A stretch of DNA of 29,285 nucleotides from a virus (Duplodnaviria; Caudoviricetes): IMG/VR virus record IMGVR_UViG_3300037634_007778, positions 1 to 29,285 of that record. The stretch is one strand, 5' to 3'. Both the position numbers and the translations under genes were made by a program. Positions 27,246 to 29,285 of the stretch are shown piece after piece. Below the pieces are notes generated by a model. It saw only the letters and a list, made by a program, of their open reading frames with translations. It was not told the origin of the DNA and did no database searches. Numbering within the stretch: the stretch's first letter is position 1; each line of letters starts with the position of its first letter.

Positions 27246-28081
27246 GAAAATATGTTTATAATCTTAGTGGTTATTTCTTGTCTTTTTTCTCTCATTATTT
27301 TAATGAGATCTGGGCCCTTGAGAGAGAACCATGGTTCCTTTGTTGCTCCAATGTTATTATTAGCTATAATACCAAGCCCCATCATGCGCGCTTCTACCAC
27401 GATACGTGATAAGGTTTCGGGCGTTTTAGGTAAAAAAATAAATTTTGTGTTTTGGCCAAGTCTTTCTAAAAATTCATTATAGTCGCACGGATAAATTAAG
27501 TCAATAGCATTTTTTTTTGCATTGCAATATTGAATAGCTTCTTCTGTATTCTTGTGCCAATTTTGGGATACCATGATGGCGCATTTATCAAATTTTTCTT
27601 TTTTTGAAACTTCAGTCATCAAATCAAGACTGTCTATAGACCATAAATTTCCACCAACATTGGTTATGTTATCTAAATTTAAATTTCTTTTAACTATGGA
27701 TTCATGAAAGTTGCTTTGACATACTATGGCCAACGCATTTCTATAAAAATCATAATTTACTAATTCTTCTTTTGGTGCAGTGTAGTTTGGGTAATCTGCT
27801 GGGTTTCTAGTCCGGACGTATTTGTGATCATGCTCGTAGATTATATATTTTTTCTTCTTTTGTAAGCTTTGTTTACATTCTTCTGACAACTGAATAAAAT
27901 TTGCGACTATAAAGTTTGCATCTGTGTTCTTGTTCAGAAAATCAGGTGTAACTTGTGTGCTCTTTATTTTTATTACATTATGATCTTTTTTTAATAACTT
28001 ATAAAGTTCTTCGTTATTTAGCTCGCCGCCGCCTGATATTTCATTTGCAAAAAAATCAGCAATAATTATATACTCACTCAT
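27242..28081 (-). CDS. Putative GT-B (GT4-like) glycosyltransferase
   Basis: N-terminal GGGEL, YEHD, FLPKTPETLSRIVVEARMMG (ExxxxxxxE-type motif). Confidence 0.7.
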   Translation of the reverse strand: MSEYIIIADFFANEISGGGELNNEELYKLLKKDHNVIKIKSTQVTPDFLNKNTDANFIVANFIQLSEECKQSLQKKKKYIIYEHDHKYVRTRNPADYPNYTAPKEELVNYDFYRNALAIVCQSNFHESIVKRNLNLDNITNVGGNLWSIDSLDLMTEVSKKEKFDKCAIMVSQNWHKNTEEAIQYCNAKKNAIDLIYPCDYNEFLERLGQNTKFIFLPKTPETLSRIVVEARMMGLGIIANNNIGATKEPWFSLKGPDLIKIMREKRQEITTKIINIFS

Positions 28082-29285
28082 GCTCTTCTATATCTAAAGA
28101 GTCTAACCAAAGTTCAACATCAAATTCATCTTTAAATCCCGGAGTCGATAGAATTAATTCAATAAATCTTTCGTACATCTTCTCTTGGTCCAACCTTTCA
28201 TGAATTATTTCTGCATAGTGGTCGGCATTGCCGGCGTAGCTATCTTCATTGTTAGAAGTAACGTCTTCATAGCATTGACGCATTTTTTCTTTTGCAGATT
28301 GCTCACGAGGGTATGCCCACATAGATTCTTTTATTAATACACCATCCCAGACAACCTGCGGTTGAATGTGATTTAAATCAAAATTAACATTATAAAACTG
28401 CTCTCGACCTTCTTCATCAATAAGATAGTCTAACTGACCGGACCAGCCCGTCGCAACCACAGGAATTCCTGAATATACCGCTTCAAAAATGGGAAGACCG
28501 AAACCTTCGCCATGCGCCAGACTCATAAAAGCTGATATCTTGGGGTGTTTGTATAAAGAGTGCATTTCTTCATCAGTCATATCGCCATGCAAAAGATAAA
28601 CTTTGCACTTTCGATCTGGTGCGGTATTTTCTAGGTATGTGCGCAAATCATTGAATGTGTGTTCTCTATCCATATGACAATTTTTTGCCAGATTCCCTTT
28701 AAGAACTAATCCTACCTCTTCGTCCTTAAATTCTTCCAAAAACCATTTAATAGTATTATTAACATTCTTCCGGGGGCTAATCTGTGCTGCAACCAAAAAG
28801 TTAAAATCATATTCTAAATCAAGATCTAATTCTGCCAGATTATCAAATTTTTTAGTGGGATAATTAATAAATTCAATTGGCTTTTGAAGAGACAAGTGGC
28901 GCTTTTCCTCCGGATTTTGAGGATTTGTGACGTCATAATGCGTATTTTTATATACATCTTTCGAGTGACTAGAAATTGTAATAATATTATCTATCACCTC
29001 GTTGGCCTTAGTAAGCCATTCGTGAGCCACTCTGTTGGTCTCAATACCGGCCGTATAGCCAATATTAATGGGGGCGATTCGCTCCCATTCATTGGGGATT
29101 GTGACCTGAAATGAAACATCAAACTGGCCCCCTTGCTGAATGTACCCTATTGTTTTCTCTATTGTATAATCGATCCACTCCCTTTCTTCGTCTTTCCCGC
29201 TAATCCAAGAAGTTTGTCCCCACTTTAGAGGTTGGATATATATATCAAACAAATCCTCTCGTGATCTTAGAGCGCGGAGGGCGTA
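28074..29285 (-). CDS. GT4-family glycosyltransferase (5' end outside the window)
   Basis: RKN, HGEGFGLPIFEAVYSGIPVVATGWSG. The frame stays open past the track's TTG to the window edge (YALRALRSREDLFD...). Confidence 0.9.
   Translation of the reverse strand, partial: YALRALRSREDLFDIYIQPLKWGQTSWISGKDEEREWIDYTIEKTIGYIQQGGQFDVSFQVTIPNEWERIAPINIGYTAGIETNRVAHEWLTKANEVIDNIITISSHSKDVYKNTHYDVTNPQNPEEKRHLSLQKPIEFINYPTKKFDNLAELDLDLEYDFNFLVAAQISPRKNVNNTIKWFLEEFKDEEVGLVLKGNLAKNCHMDREHTFNDLRTYLENTAPDRKCKVYLLHGDMTDEEMHSLYKHPKISAFMSLAHGEGFGLPIFEAVYSGIPVVATGWSGQLDYLIDEEGREQFYNVNFDLNHIQPQVVWDGVLIKESMWAYPREQSAKEKMRQCYEDVTSNNEDSYAGNADHYAEIIHERLDQEKMYERFIELILSTPGFKDEFDVELWLDSLDIEEHE

Larger units (their letters stand above)
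1..29285 (-). mobile_element. Segment of a large tailed bacteriophage (myovirus-type) genome
   Basis: gp6-like and gp25-like baseplate genes, M23 peptidase and phage-type sigma factor; dense co-oriented genes; no cellular housekeeping genes. No integrase or att site seen, so prophage versus free phage cannot be decided. Confidence 0.85.

Noticed and set aside
899-29114. All plus-strand ORFs in the track and the nested minus-strand ORFs at 11481-11732 and 14948-15148
   Set aside because: They are shadows lying on clearly identified minus-strand genes and show no protein motifs.
12826-29285. Bacterial O-antigen or capsule locus
   Set aside because: No wzx/wzy/wzm/wzt or initiating transferase, and the block is continuous with phage sigma and baseplate genes.
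1-29285. Stop-codon reassignment as seen in some large phages
   Set aside because: Genes are full length in code 11, and TAA, TGA and TAG all end genes at sensible positions.
1-29285. CRISPR arrays, tRNA/rRNA genes, introns, inteins, intrinsic terminators
   Set aside because: The largest intergenic gaps are under 80 nt, and I saw no repeat-spacer pattern, cloverleaf, intein motif or hairpin with a U-tract by eye.

Overview
All real genes in this 29.3 kb window lie on the minus strand and are tightly packed. It looks like a piece of a large tailed phage (myovirus) genome, read with the standard code. In the direction of transcription (right to left) there are three parts. (1) A ~16.5 kb glycan module with six glycosyltransferase-like genes, a YerE/acetolactate-synthase-like ThDP enzyme, two SDR reductases/epimerases, a divergent PanB-like hydroxymethyltransferase, an RfbH/DdhC 3-dehydrase, RfbB, a B12-binding radical SAM enzyme, a eukaryote-type Fcl, Gmd and a cupin. 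(2) Small genes plus a gp55-like sigma factor. (3) Baseplate genes: a putative gp5-like N-terminal domain fused to an M23 peptidase, a putative spike protein, a ~2200 aa Cys-rich protein, a gp25-like gene, and a gp6-like gene missing from the ORF track. The strongest candidate for a new system is a phage-encoded pathway for a C4-branched 3,6-dideoxy sugar that recruits PanB. A remnant copy of the ThDP gene's 3' end sits directly in front of panB, suggesting the two genes were once coupled and that the SDR between them was inserted later. No flippase, polymerase or other membrane glycan machinery is in view, so the glycan more plausibly decorates virion proteins (or DNA) than host LPS. Family calls come from motif recognition by eye; no searches were run.
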